The notes under the pieces: model-generated
Database searches by the model: none
What the model was told of the DNA's origin: nothing
Seen by the model: the letters and a program-made list of their open reading frames with translations, nothing else
In this document: positions 1 to 9,971 of the stretch, in pieces
How positions within the stretch are numbered: position 1 is the first letter of the stretch
Layout of the letters: each line of letters starts with the position of its first letter
NCBI GenBank assembly: GCA_947479455.1
Contig: CANJZE010000002.1
Coordinates: forward strand, 98,222-162,221
DNA length: 64,000 nucleotides
Direction of reading: 5' to 3'
From: Bacteroidota bacterium
GTDB lineage: Bacteria > Bacteroidota > Bacteroidia > Chitinophagales > LD1
Made by a program: the position numbers and the translations under genes

Positions 1-1131
<1,131 letters not shown>

Positions 1132-1148
1132 TTATTCGTAAAACAAAA

Positions 1149-1180
1149 AGCCCTGTCGCAATACTGCGACAGGGCTTTTC
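1149..1180. terminator. bidirectional intrinsic terminator hairpin between katG and the minus-strand small ORF
   Basis: AGCCCTGTCGC-AATACT-GCGACAGGGCT forms an 11-bp stem. It is flanked by an A-run upstream and TTTTC downstream. Confidence 0.6.
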
Positions 1181-1199
1181 AATTTATGAACGATACAGT

Positions 1200-1370
1200 T
1201 TACTTCTTCAATTTTATTTCGCGTGCGGGAACGAGGACCACTTTGTTGTTGCGCATGATGACGAGTTCCTTGTTTTGTTCAACCGCTTCTTTCAAAAATT
1301 TTTTGAAAGAAATCTGAACACCTCTTGTGATTTTATCTAACAATAAATCCAATCGTTGATTCTTACTCAT
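1200..1370 (-). CDS. unannotated 56-aa ORF (MSKNQRLDLLLDKITRGVQISFKKFLKEAVEQNKELVIMRNNKVVLVPAREIKLKK); candidate partner/antitoxin of the zeta-like gene
   Basis: Hand translation. The ATG at 1370 overlaps the stop of the upstream gene (1363-1365) by 8 nt. The ORF ends 20 nt before the terminator hairpin. It is below the 60-aa cutoff of the ORF track. Confidence 0.4.
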   Translation of the reverse strand: MSKNQRLDLLLDKITRGVQISFKKFLKEAVEQNKELVIMRNNKVVLVPAREIKLKK

Positions 1371-1929
1371 TGCCAATTATTTTGTTCCATGTTTTTTCTG
1401 CCATCACTTTCACTTTACCATCTTTCATTCGCGCCACTAAAATAGAAGTTCCTTCGGTGTTGTCAAAAACTACCCAACCATCAGTAAGATTCAAATAAAT
1501 TTCTCTGAAATTTTTCAAGCCTCTTTCATATCTGCGTTCAATAATTTCTTTAGGAATATTATGACCGCCCTCACTCACTCTTTTAGCCACACGTTTAATC
1601 GCTTCTTTACTTGAATTCAAATAAACAAACAGCAAAACAATTTCGTATCGCTTTGCCTTCAACTCTTTAAAAAGCGATTCATAAGTTTTTGTAGCAAGAG
1701 TAGTTTCAATAGCAAAATCCTTTTTCTCTTTTGCCAATTCCTGAATTCGTTCCAACATTATTCTTCCTGCGGTAAACGCAACACCTTCGGGATTGAAAGG
1801 AGAAAGCCCCCGTGCAATTTCATCGGCATTCACAAATTCCTTTACTCCTAAGTATTCGGGTAAAAGATTTTTGCTCAAGGTAGTTTTACCTGCACCGTTA
1901 CAACCCGCTATAACAAAAAGTGTAGGCAT
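1363..1929 (-). CDS. zeta-toxin-like P-loop kinase / AAA family ATPase (188 aa)
   Basis: Walker A motif GCNGAGKTT at the N-terminus. The length and sequence (FVNADEIARGLSPFNPE, SEGGHNIP) are typical of the Bacteroidota zeta_toxin-domain family. Confidence 0.8.
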   Translation of the reverse strand: MPTLFVIAGCNGAGKTTLSKNLLPEYLGVKEFVNADEIARGLSPFNPEGVAFTAGRIMLERIQELAKEKKDFAIETTLATKTYESLFKELKAKRYEIVLLFVYLNSSKEAIKRVAKRVSEGGHNIPKEIIERRYERGLKNFREIYLNLTDGWVVFDNTEGTSILVARMKDGKVKVMAEKTWNKIIGNE

Positions 1930-1935
1930 ACAGTT

Positions 1936-3894
1936 CTATCTGTTTATCGTAAACTTCCCGAGCATCCTCCTCTCCTTCTTATCTGAAATTATTGTTGCCA
2001 GATAAATTCCGTTTGGCAAATCGGCTACATCGAGCGAAACAATTTTGTTGGTTCCCTTTCTTGAAATTGATTTTTGCTTTTCACCAAGTGCATTTACAAT
2101 TTCTATAGAAGAATAGCTGCGCGTTATTTCTTCGCTGTTGTTTTGCATATCAATCGTCAAAAGATTATTGGCAGGGTTAGGGAAGAGAGAAATGTTGGAG
2201 AGGGAGATTTCGGAGATTGATGACCACCAAATTTGAACAGTATCGCAAATAGTTTTGGTACCACAGAAATTTTGAACAGTTGCGCAAACGTAATATCGAA
2301 TACCTAGTGGTATATTTAAGTCGGGATTGGACATCTCAACGCATCCCATCGAAATAGAAAGTGTATCGTCATTTATTAAAGTCGTATCTATGTATGAATG
2401 CGACTCATCAATAACGCTCCATAAAACCAAGTTAACGTTTGTGCCAGACGCAACAATCTTACCACAGTAATAACATCCACCACCACCTTGAGAGCCATTT
2501 GAGCATAAGAAGCTTAAACTAAAATCCGGCATCGAACACGCACCCACCATCACCACAAACATCCCCGTATCACACAAAACAGGACTCCCATTATCGCATA
2601 ACACATACCAGCAGGTATCGTTACCTGTGAAAGAAGAATCGGGAGTGAAAATTACATTACCGCAATTAGAAGCAGAAAGCGAAAAGAAATTAGAGCCATA
2701 GATAGAAGTTACGCAAAGCGTGTCGGCCAAATCTGCATCTAAATCATTGGCAACAACATTTATTGTAATTGAATTTGGCTGTGTAGTGCTTGCAGTATCA
2801 TCATTTGCCACAGGTGCATGATTGCCGCCACCAAGTTGATTTGTAATTACTAAAATTCCTGTTCTACAAAAAGATGGTGTATCGTTTGTGCAAACAGTAT
2901 AGGTTATTGTTTCGGTGCCTGCTACTAAAGCTTCGTAATCCAAACAATTGCTTTGCAAGTTCAGTGTTCCATTCACCGGAAAAGTATAATCAGTCAATAA
3001 CAGTGGCGTGTTGTTAGCCGCAAAATCGTTTTGCAAAACACAAATAGTTTGTGTGTTACCAACCGTAACTGTCACCGTATCGTTTTGCACTACAGGTCTT
3101 GGAAAGCCGTAGTATGTAACTGTGCTGTTTCCAGTACTGGGAACGGCTAAAGTATCGCTGAGCATGTTATAATAGATGTCAGCAGCATTTGTTCCATTGG
3201 CAAAACTTATAATTTTTAAAGGTGCATTGGCAAAAGCTGCATCGAAAAAATAAATTCCTTGAGCGTTATTCATCCATGCCGAACCATAAAAATTTCCGTC
3301 TTCGTCCATAGCTATTCCATCAAAGCTGGTAATGGTTGTGGTTTTTAATGTGGTTACCGTAGAGTCAATCAAACTAATTCCCAAAATGGAAGCATTGGCA
3401 TTCCATGTGGCAACAACCAGCCTATTATTAATAGCATCAAACACGATTCCATTAGGCGTTTTGGTTCCGGTACTACAAAAAACATTGAACTGTTGAGTAG
3501 CAATATTATAGCGGTAAACTTTTTTTCCCGAAAAATCACTAGCAAAAATATTTCCTGAATTATCACTACAAATTCCGTTGAGAAAAGTAGCACCCAAATT
3601 TACATTCCCAACCAACGCGGCTGTAGTTAAATTATAGGATTTGATATAACCATTTTGAGCGCACACAAAAACCGTATCGCCTACAATTGTGTTTCCAAAA
3701 GGGCTGGTAACCCCACTTTTAAAAAGTGTAGGTGCACTTCCCGGAATGTGCTGTTGCAAGTTATTACTGTTGGTGTTCGACACAATATAGCGTTGATGAA
3801 TAGCATCATACTTCACGCTTTCGGGGCTACTGAAACTTTGTGCGTTTACGTATACCGAAACAAGAAGAAGCAAAAGGATTGAAATTGTTTTCAT
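1936..3894 (-). CDS. secreted beta-propeller plus cadherin/Ig-like repeat protein with type A T9SS C-terminal sorting domain
   Basis: Signal peptide MKTISILLLLLVSVYVNAQ from the internal ATG at 3894; the ORF-track start at 3963 adds 23 non-signal residues. VANDD/NDxD cadherin-like segments are present. The C-terminus LFPNPANNLLTI...GIYLATI...FTINR matches Por_Secre_tail. Confidence 0.8.
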   Translation of the reverse strand: MKTISILLLLLVSVYVNAQSFSSPESVKYDAIHQRYIVSNTNSNNLQQHIPGSAPTLFKSGVTSPFGNTIVGDTVFVCAQNGYIKSYNLTTAALVGNVNLGATFLNGICSDNSGNIFASDFSGKKVYRYNIATQQFNVFCSTGTKTPNGIVFDAINNRLVVATWNANASILGISLIDSTVTTLKTTTITSFDGIAMDEDGNFYGSAWMNNAQGIYFFDAAFANAPLKIISFANGTNAADIYYNMLSDTLAVPSTGNSTVTYYGFPRPVVQNDTVTVTVGNTQTICVLQNDFAANNTPLLLTDYTFPVNGTLNLQSNCLDYEALVAGTETITYTVCTNDTPSFCRTGILVITNQLGGGNHAPVANDDTASTTQPNSITINVVANDLDADLADTLCVTSIYGSNFFSLSASNCGNVIFTPDSSFTGNDTCWYVLCDNGSPVLCDTGMFVVMVGACSMPDFSLSFLCSNGSQGGGGCYYCGKIVASGTNVNLVLWSVIDESHSYIDTTLINDDTLSISMGCVEMSNPDLNIPLGIRYYVCATVQNFCGTKTICDTVQIWWSSISEISLSNISLFPNPANNLLTIDMQNNSEEITRSYSSIEIVNALGEKQKSISRKGTNKIVSLDVADLPNGIYLATIISDKKERRMLGKFTINR

Positions 3895-4015
3895 AAAAAT
3901 ATTTTGGCGAAAGATAGAATTTCTGATTTCGTAGTTTGTATTTGTCTTCACTTCGTGTTTCAAGTTTCGTGTTTCGTAAATCCCAATACAGCGTTTCTTC
4001 TATTTTCGCCCCGCC

Positions 4016-5146
4016 ATGCAATTCAACTTAGTTGCCCAAGACAAAAACACCAAAGCCCGCGCAGGAGAAATTTTTACCGCCCACGGAAAAATTGAAACGC
4101 CCATCTTTATGCCCGTAGGCACATTGGGTGCAGTAAAGGCGGTGCACATGCATGAGCTCAAAAATTTTATCAACGCACAAATAATTCTCGGCAACACTTA
4201 TCACTTATACCTGCGCCCCGGCACTTCCATAATTGAGAAGGCTGGAGGCCTGCATAAATTCAACAGTTGGAATGGTCCTATACTGACCGACAGTGGCGGA
4301 TTTCAGGTTCACTCGCTGGCATCTATTCGAAAAATAAAGGAAGAAGGTGTGGAGTTCAGAAGCCATATTGACGGCTCTAAACATTTTTTTTCGCCCGAAG
4401 GCGTGGTGGATATTCAGCGCAAAATAGGAGCCGATATTATAATGGCGTTTGATGAATGTACGCCTTACCCTTGCGAATTTACTTACGCAAAAAAATCAAT
4501 GGGGCTAACACATCGTTGGTTGCAAAGATGTATCACGCGCTTCAACGAAACAGAATGCGTGTATGGTTATGAGCAAACTTTATTTCCGATTGTGCAGGGA
4601 AGTGTTTACAAAGAACTGCGAAAAGAAAGCGCTGAGTTTATTGCTTCAATGAATGCCGAAGGAAATGCCATTGGTGGTTTGAGTGTGGGCGAGCCCGCTG
4701 AAGACATGTATGAGATGACGGAATTGGTTTGCGATATATTGCCAAAAGATAAGCCGCGTTATTTGATGGGTGTGGGAACGCCCGCTAATATTCTCGAAGG
4801 AATTTCTTTGGGTATTGATATGTTTGATTGTGTAATGCCTACACGCAACGCGCGCAACGGAATGATTTTTACGAAACAAGGCATTCTAAATATCAAGAAC
4901 GAAAAATGGAAAGATGACTTCTCTCCTATTGATAAAGAAAGCGATTGCGAATTGATGCGCACGCACACCAAAGCGTTTCTTCGCCACCTAGTTCACACCG
5001 GTGAAATGTTGGGCGCGCAAATTTCGAGCATCAATAATTTAAGTTTGTATTTGTGGTTAGTTACCGAAGCGCGCAAGAAAATTATAGAAGGAACATTTGA
5101 TGTTTGGAAAAAAGAAATGTTAGAAAAACTGATGAGAAGATTGTAA
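4016..5146 (+). CDS. tgt: queuine tRNA-ribosyltransferase
   Basis: 376 aa. Tgt-typical N-terminus ARAGEIFTAHGKIETPIFMPVGT, plus DSGGFQV and DCVMPTRNARNG motifs. Confidence 0.95.
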   Translation: MQFNLVAQDKNTKARAGEIFTAHGKIETPIFMPVGTLGAVKAVHMHELKNFINAQIILGNTYHLYLRPGTSIIEKAGGLHKFNSWNGPILTDSGGFQVHSLASIRKIKEEGVEFRSHIDGSKHFFSPEGVVDIQRKIGADIIMAFDECTPYPCEFTYAKKSMGLTHRWLQRCITRFNETECVYGYEQTLFPIVQGSVYKELRKESAEFIASMNAEGNAIGGLSVGEPAEDMYEMTELVCDILPKDKPRYLMGVGTPANILEGISLGIDMFDCVMPTRNARNGMIFTKQGILNIKNEKWKDDFSPIDKESDCELMRTHTKAFLRHLVHTGEMLGAQISSINNLSLYLWLVTEARKKIIEGTFDVWKKEMLEKLMRRL

Positions 5147-5161
5147 GGTTCAAGTGAATTG

Positions 5162-5192
5162 CAATTATCAATCATCAATTATCAATTATCAA
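5162..5192. repeat. TCAAT-rich heptad microsatellite (CAATTATCAATCATCAATTATCAATTATCAAT) abutting the lptF/G start codon
   Basis: Read directly. It is near-identical (about 24 of 25 nt) to the reverse complement of 63363..63395. Confidence 0.7.
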
Positions 5193-6268
5193 TGAAGAAG
5201 CTGGATTGGTACATTCTCAAAAATTTTCTCGGCACGTTCGTGTTTATCATGGCGTTGCTGTTGGGCATTACCATAGTAGTTGACCTCAGCGAAAAAATTG
5301 ATGGTTTAATGGAAAATCACGCCACATTCTATGGTGTTGTTTTCGGTTTCTATATCTACTTCATTCCCTACATTACTTCTTTAATTGGTCCTTTCTTCGT
5401 TTTGGTGGCCGTAATTTTTTTTACTTCTCAATTGGCTGAACGTTCTGAAATTGTTGCCATACTCAACAGCGGAACAAGTTTCTACCGAATGTTATTTCCC
5501 TACTTTGTAGGTGCCACTATCATTGCTGCAGTATTTTATATGGGCAATCATTATTACGTGCCTTATTCCAACAGCAAGCGAATTGAGTTTGAGCGTAAAT
5601 ACATATACAAACCTTACGAGGGAATGCGCTATAATTTCCATCGAAGAATTGACAGCACCACCATTGTGTATTTCGAGAATTACAAACCCGTAGATAAAGA
5701 AGGATACAAATTTTCATTGGATAAATTCAAGAATAGAAAGCTCGTTTATAAGCTGCGTTCCGAAAAAATTAACTGGGACAGCACCACCAAAAAGTGGCGA
5801 ATCTTTAACTATTACATTCGCGAGTTGGGTGAGGACAAAGACAAAATTACCAGCGGTGAAATACTTTCAGCTGCTTACGCTTTTGTTCCCGATGATTTTT
5901 CGTTTACCGAGCACGAAAAAGAAACGATGACCACACCTGAACTAATCCATTACATTGATTATATGCGAAAAGGCGGACAAGCCTACACCGAGTTTTATGA
6001 AGTGGAAAGATGGCGAAGAACTTCATCAGCGTTCAGTATTTATATTATGACGCTCATTGGAGTGAGTGTAGCATCGCGCAAAATGCGCGGTGGTTTGGGC
6101 TGGCACATTGTATTGGGAATTGGTTTGAGCGCAGCATACGAAATGATTATGAAATTCTCCGTCACCTTTTCTACTAATGCTTCACTTCCACCCGTTCTCG
6201 GTGTTTGGATTCCGAATATTTTGTACGCAGGGCTTGCTTTATATTTAATGAAGAAGGCACCGAAGTAA
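5192..6268 (+). CDS. LptF/LptG family lipopolysaccharide export permease
   Basis: MKKLDWYILKNFLGTFVF is a YjgP/YjgQ-type N-terminus, and the protein has six predicted TM segments. The ORF-track TTG start at 5159 lies inside a simple repeat, so the ATG at 5192 is preferred. Confidence 0.85.
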   Translation: MKKLDWYILKNFLGTFVFIMALLLGITIVVDLSEKIDGLMENHATFYGVVFGFYIYFIPYITSLIGPFFVLVAVIFFTSQLAERSEIVAILNSGTSFYRMLFPYFVGATIIAAVFYMGNHYYVPYSNSKRIEFERKYIYKPYEGMRYNFHRRIDSTTIVYFENYKPVDKEGYKFSLDKFKNRKLVYKLRSEKINWDSTTKKWRIFNYYIRELGEDKDKITSGEILSAAYAFVPDDFSFTEHEKETMTTPELIHYIDYMRKGGQAYTEFYEVERWRRTSSAFSIYIMTLIGVSVASRKMRGGLGWHIVLGIGLSAAYEMIMKFSVTFSTNASLPPVLGVWIPNILYAGLALYLMKKAPK

Positions 6269-6308
6269 AGCCCCTCTAAATCTCCCCGAAGGGGAGACTT
6301 AAATACAA
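6269..6308 (+). repeat. GC-rich hairpin repeat, copy A (AGCCCCTCTAAATCTCCCCGAAGGGGAGACTTAAATACAA)
   Basis: It begins 1 nt after the lptF/G stop codon and is identical over 40 nt to the reverse complement of 17621..17660. Stem: CTCCCC-GAA-GGGGAG. Confidence 0.85.
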
Positions 6309-6333
6309 ATCCAAAAATTTCGTGGTAATTAAA

Positions 6334-6364
6334 GTCCTCTCCTTTGGAGAGGATTTAGGTGAGG
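6334..6364 (-). repeat. GC-rich hairpin repeat, copy C (minus strand: CCTCACCTAAATCCTCTCCAAAGGAGAGGAC)
   Basis: It has the same architecture as copy A (arm, TAAAT, arm, RAA loop, complementary arm). It starts directly after the stop codon of the convergent gene 6366..8477. Confidence 0.75.
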
Positions 6365-6365
6365 T

Positions 6366-8477
6366 TTAATAACCTCCGAAATATTTTCTGGTTACCCACT
6401 CTGCCGAAATTAAAATCAACAACAGAAAGAAAATCAATTTCATGTTGATAGCACTATCCGTAAAAAAGGTATCGTAGAGAATCGGTTTCAACTTATTCTT
6501 CGAATCAATTTCATCAGAAATGTTTTCTAAATCATTGATGTAATGCATAGCTCCATTATGTTGTGAAGCCAATTGATATAAAACCTGATGATCGGCACGC
6601 GTTCTCATTTCCTCCAATTGCAAAGGGCTAACCGAAAATTTCCCGTTAGCGGTGTAGGTAGAGTTGCCAAATTTTACCGTAGCGTTGTAAGCGTAATTTC
6701 CCACAGGTAAAAAACCTGCGTTAAGATTATAAGCAGTTTCAGTTTTGTTGAATTGATAATCGTACGAACTGCCGACATCGCTCTTAATTTTCATTTGGAC
6801 AGCGGCAACATTCACCAATTCGTAATTGGCATTGTAAAGTTGCGCTTCGAAACTAATAGCCTCGTTATCTTCAAAAATATTTTTTGGTGATGAAACTCGG
6901 AACGGACGCTTATCGCTTTTCACCGATAGATACTGCACCGTTTTATTGATAAGTTCATTGGTAGCATCCTGATTTTTGTTGAGCATGTAATCATACAATC
7001 TCCATCTCCAAATTCCTTCTCCGCATATCACTCCAAATTTTTCATCACTGCTTTCATTAAATAACCATAGCGGAAAATCAGTTTCAACTGAATTTATTTT
7101 TTGATGCAGTAATATTTTTGAAGAAGGATTAGGATTGAACTCTCCAAACAAACAAGTGAAAGGCGGTAACTTAGGAACGGCTTGCAAAGTTTTATCCGAT
7201 AGCGTAAACAAAGAAAAATCTTTCACCACACTTGCAGTTACATCGTTGAACTTATCGTTACTTCCTTTTACAACAATACCGCTTTGCGCTTTCTGAAAAT
7301 CGGGCAATGAAGTTTGTGAACCCACAATAAAGAGCAATGGTTTCTTTTGCTCACTTGCATCCTTTAAAACATTTTGAATTTTCTGAGTTGATGAAGGAAG
7401 TTGATGAAGAATTACCAGATTGTATTCGTTAAGTTTCTTCGAAAAGGTTTCAGCGAACTCTACATCTAACTGATAATTTTTATTGCTCTCAATAGCGGCT
7501 TTTAAAGCCGCCACATCGGGATGCGGAGAGTTGGCCACCAACAAAATTTTCTGCCGGCCATCCAGCACTTCTACAAACACATCGCGTACATTATTCTTGT
7601 AAGTAACTTCTCCTTCTAAACTTGAAAGCGAAATACGGTAATGCGAAATTCCCACTTCGTTTGCCGAAAGAATAAAATCATAACTCTGAAAAAAATTATC
7701 GGAGGTGTAAGCAATTTCTTTTGTTTGAAGTAACTTGGGTTCTTTGCCCGTTTCCAATTGCACAACGGTTAGTTTCACACTCTTCCCTTTCAAATTATTT
7801 TCCTCTACATCAACCTTCAAACTGAATTGATTATTGAGGTAAGCAATTTTGTTGTAGTAAGCGTTCGAAAGTTTCTGGTCTTTTTGAATCGTAGTATCAC
7901 CTAACGCAATAGTGTAAACAGAATATGAAGATTTTGCCGCAGGATAAACCGGATTAACTCCTTTATTGTAAATACCATCACTAGCTAAAACGACTGCACC
8001 GAGATTTTGATTGTAAAACAAATCGTTAACCTGTTCAATGGCAGCACTTAAATCGGTTGATTTATCCCGATACGAAAAATCAATTCCGCGTTTTAAATCA
8101 TCACCCGCGTTAAACTCAGCCACTTCATATTTATCGCTTAGCTTGTCAATAAGCGTGCGCAATTTCTTTTGAAATTCTGTTGAATCTTTTCCGAAACTGT
8201 TTTTTACTGATTCGCTATTGTCATTAATAACTGCAATAATCGGTTTGAAAGTTTTTGTGTTTCGTGTTCTTATAAAAGGTGAAAGAAGGAGAATAGCAAG
8301 AATAGTAACCGTTAGAAAACGAAAGCCCGCCATGGCAAACTTCCAGTATCTAGAAACCGAATCCTTATCATCAAAGGTAGTGTCTCGGTAATAAAGGAAA
8401 GCGGCATAAGCCGCACCAAGCGCTATACAGAAAATGATGAACCACGAAGGATATTGAAACGAGAAAGTTGAATTCAA
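6366..8477 (-). CDS. large membrane protein, N-terminal double-TM anchor with a vWA/GATase1-like body and a C-terminal TM; function unknown
   Basis: Uninterrupted 703-aa ORF. Hydrophobic segments at the N-terminus (WFIIFCIALGAAYAAFLYY, FLTVTILAILLLSPF) and the C-terminus (LIFFLLLILISAEW). The family assignment is from memory only. Confidence 0.6.
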   Translation of the reverse strand: MNSTFSFQYPSWFIIFCIALGAAYAAFLYYRDTTFDDKDSVSRYWKFAMAGFRFLTVTILAILLLSPFIRTRNTKTFKPIIAVINDNSESVKNSFGKDSTEFQKKLRTLIDKLSDKYEVAEFNAGDDLKRGIDFSYRDKSTDLSAAIEQVNDLFYNQNLGAVVLASDGIYNKGVNPVYPAAKSSYSVYTIALGDTTIQKDQKLSNAYYNKIAYLNNQFSLKVDVEENNLKGKSVKLTVVQLETGKEPKLLQTKEIAYTSDNFFQSYDFILSANEVGISHYRISLSSLEGEVTYKNNVRDVFVEVLDGRQKILLVANSPHPDVAALKAAIESNKNYQLDVEFAETFSKKLNEYNLVILHQLPSSTQKIQNVLKDASEQKKPLLFIVGSQTSLPDFQKAQSGIVVKGSNDKFNDVTASVVKDFSLFTLSDKTLQAVPKLPPFTCLFGEFNPNPSSKILLHQKINSVETDFPLWLFNESSDEKFGVICGEGIWRWRLYDYMLNKNQDATNELINKTVQYLSVKSDKRPFRVSSPKNIFEDNEAISFEAQLYNANYELVNVAAVQMKIKSDVGSSYDYQFNKTETAYNLNAGFLPVGNYAYNATVKFGNSTYTANGKFSVSPLQLEEMRTRADHQVLYQLASQHNGAMHYINDLENISDEIDSKNKLKPILYDTFFTDSAINMKLIFFLLLILISAEWVTRKYFGGY

Positions 8478-8564
8478 AATTTACAGTTTAGTTGGTCGGT
8501 AGTTTTTTTATTGAAACAAAAACCACAACTCATTATCAGTTTGCATTTAACTGCCGCAATATAA

Positions 8565-9308
8565 TTACCTATTCATGCCTCCGCACACACTCAGCACTTG
8601 TCCGCTCACATAGGTGCTCAAATCGCTGGCAAGGAAAACAGCAGCGTTTGCCACCTCATCGGCTATGCCCATTCTGCCCATTGGAATTTTTTCGAGAATA
8701 CTTTTTTTCAATTCTTCACTCAACACATTCGTCATATCGGTTTCAATAAAGCCCGGTGCTATAGCATTGCAACGAATACTGCGTGAACCGAACTCATCGG
8801 CAATAGATTTTGTAAAACCAATGATGCCCGCTTTTGATGCCGCATAATTCGATTGACCTGCCTGCCCTTTTTCTCCAACGATAGAACTGAGATTAATGAT
8901 AGAACCATGTTTCTGCCGCAACATAATTTTAGAAACATGCTTGGTAAGATTGAAAACCGATTTCAGATTTGCAGCTATTACTTCATCCCATTGTTCTTCG
9001 GTCATTCGCAAAATCAAATTGTCTTTGGTAATGCCTGCATTATTCACCAGCGCATCAATTGCTCCGAAATCTTTCACCACATCATCTACTAATTTTTCTG
9101 CTTCACTATAAACGGCAGCGTTGCTTTTGTACGCTTTTGCTTTTATTCCACCTGCGTTCAATTCATTTTCTAACTGCTTTGCTTTGTCTTCGCTGTTAAC
9201 AAAAGTAAAAGCCACGTTGCATCCTTCGGCTGCAAATCGTTTGGCAATGGCATAACCAATACCTCTGGTTCCACCTGTAATTAATGCTGTTTTACCTTGT
9301 AGTAGCAT
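8565..9308 (-). CDS. fabG: 3-oxoacyl-[acyl-carrier-protein] reductase
   Basis: 247-aa SDR. TGGTRGIG cofactor motif, NNAG, and the YAASKAG catalytic motif. Confidence 0.9.
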   Translation of the reverse strand: MLLQGKTALITGGTRGIGYAIAKRFAAEGCNVAFTFVNSEDKAKQLENELNAGGIKAKAYKSNAAVYSEAEKLVDDVVKDFGAIDALVNNAGITKDNLILRMTEEQWDEVIAANLKSVFNLTKHVSKIMLRQKHGSIINLSSIVGEKGQAGQSNYAASKAGIIGFTKSIADEFGSRSIRCNAIAPGFIETDMTNVLSEELKKSILEKIPMGRMGIADEVANAAVFLASDLSTYVSGQVLSVCGGMNR

Positions 9309-9436
9309 GTTGATTTTTTAAATGAATCGGCAACAAAGAAAAAAAAATTAGGCGCACCGTTAAACCGAAAAACATTTCCTCCGTCACAGAAACATAACCG
9401 CGGAAATAATTTTCAAACATTTTAAAAACAGAAATC

Positions 9437-9763
9437 ATGAAAAGAATAATCATAGGAATGCTGCTCTTCATTATAGGAACTACAAGTTCGCAAAAAATAA
9501 GTGCGCAAAGCAATAGAACTCCGGGAATACGTCATCAACAATTTAAAGAGCAGCGCAGAATTCGAGAAGGAGTAGCCACCGGAGAACTCACCCGCAAAGA
9601 ATCGGTGCGTTTACAAATGCAGCAGGCCAAAATTCAACACGATAAACGCTTCGCAAAAGCCGATGGTGTGGTAACTCCAAAGGAACGAGCGATACTAAGA
9701 AGCGAACAGGAAAGAGCTAGTAGAAATATTTTTATTGAAAAACACGATATGCAACATCGCTGA
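9437..9763 (+). CDS. small secreted basic protein, function unknown
   Basis: Signal peptide MKRIIIGMLLFIIGTTSSQKISAQ. The mature part is charged and helical-looking, and an intrinsic terminator follows. Confidence 0.6.
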   Translation: MKRIIIGMLLFIIGTTSSQKISAQSNRTPGIRHQQFKEQRRIREGVATGELTRKESVRLQMQQAKIQHDKRFAKADGVVTPKERAILRSEQERASRNIFIEKHDMQHR

Positions 9764-9790
9764 TAGAAAACGTGGGTTAAATAGGGTGGT

Positions 9791-9821
9791 CCCTTCTGCA
9801 AATGCAGAAGGGATTTTTTTT
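9791..9821 (+). terminator. intrinsic terminator of 9437..9763
   Basis: CCCTTCTGCA-AAT-GCAGAAGGG followed by a T9 run. Confidence 0.75.
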
Positions 9822-9823
9822 GT

Positions 9824-9853
9824 AAAAAAAATCCCGCCCTTTTGGGGCGGGAC
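9824..9853 (-). terminator. intrinsic terminator of dnaK
   Basis: Minus strand: TCCCGCCCC-AAAA-GGGCGGGA followed by a T8 run. Confidence 0.75.
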
Positions 9854-9971
9854 TGTCACCTATAGTGAAAACCATGGCAACATCCAACGCGTTTATAATG
9901 ATTTTGGTTTGTAGTTGAACGGGGTTGCAAATTACGGCTAAACCTTTCAACTTTTCACCATCATGCAGCAA

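Noticed and set aside
3946-3978. Direct repeat TTCGTGTTTC...TTTCGTGTTTCG in the divergent tgt / T9SS-cargo promoter region, considered as a possible regulator binding site.
   Set aside because: It consists of only two short copies in AT/T-rich DNA, with nothing else to support a functional call.
5159-5191. TTG start proposed by the ORF track for the LptF/G permease (MQLSIINYQLS...).
   Set aside because: The extension is encoded entirely by the TCAAT microsatellite. The ATG at 5192 gives the family-typical N-terminus MKKLDWYILKNF.
9777-9971. 64-aa minus-strand ORF between dnaK and the small secreted-protein gene.
   Set aside because: It spans the two back-to-back intrinsic terminators, so coding is implausible.
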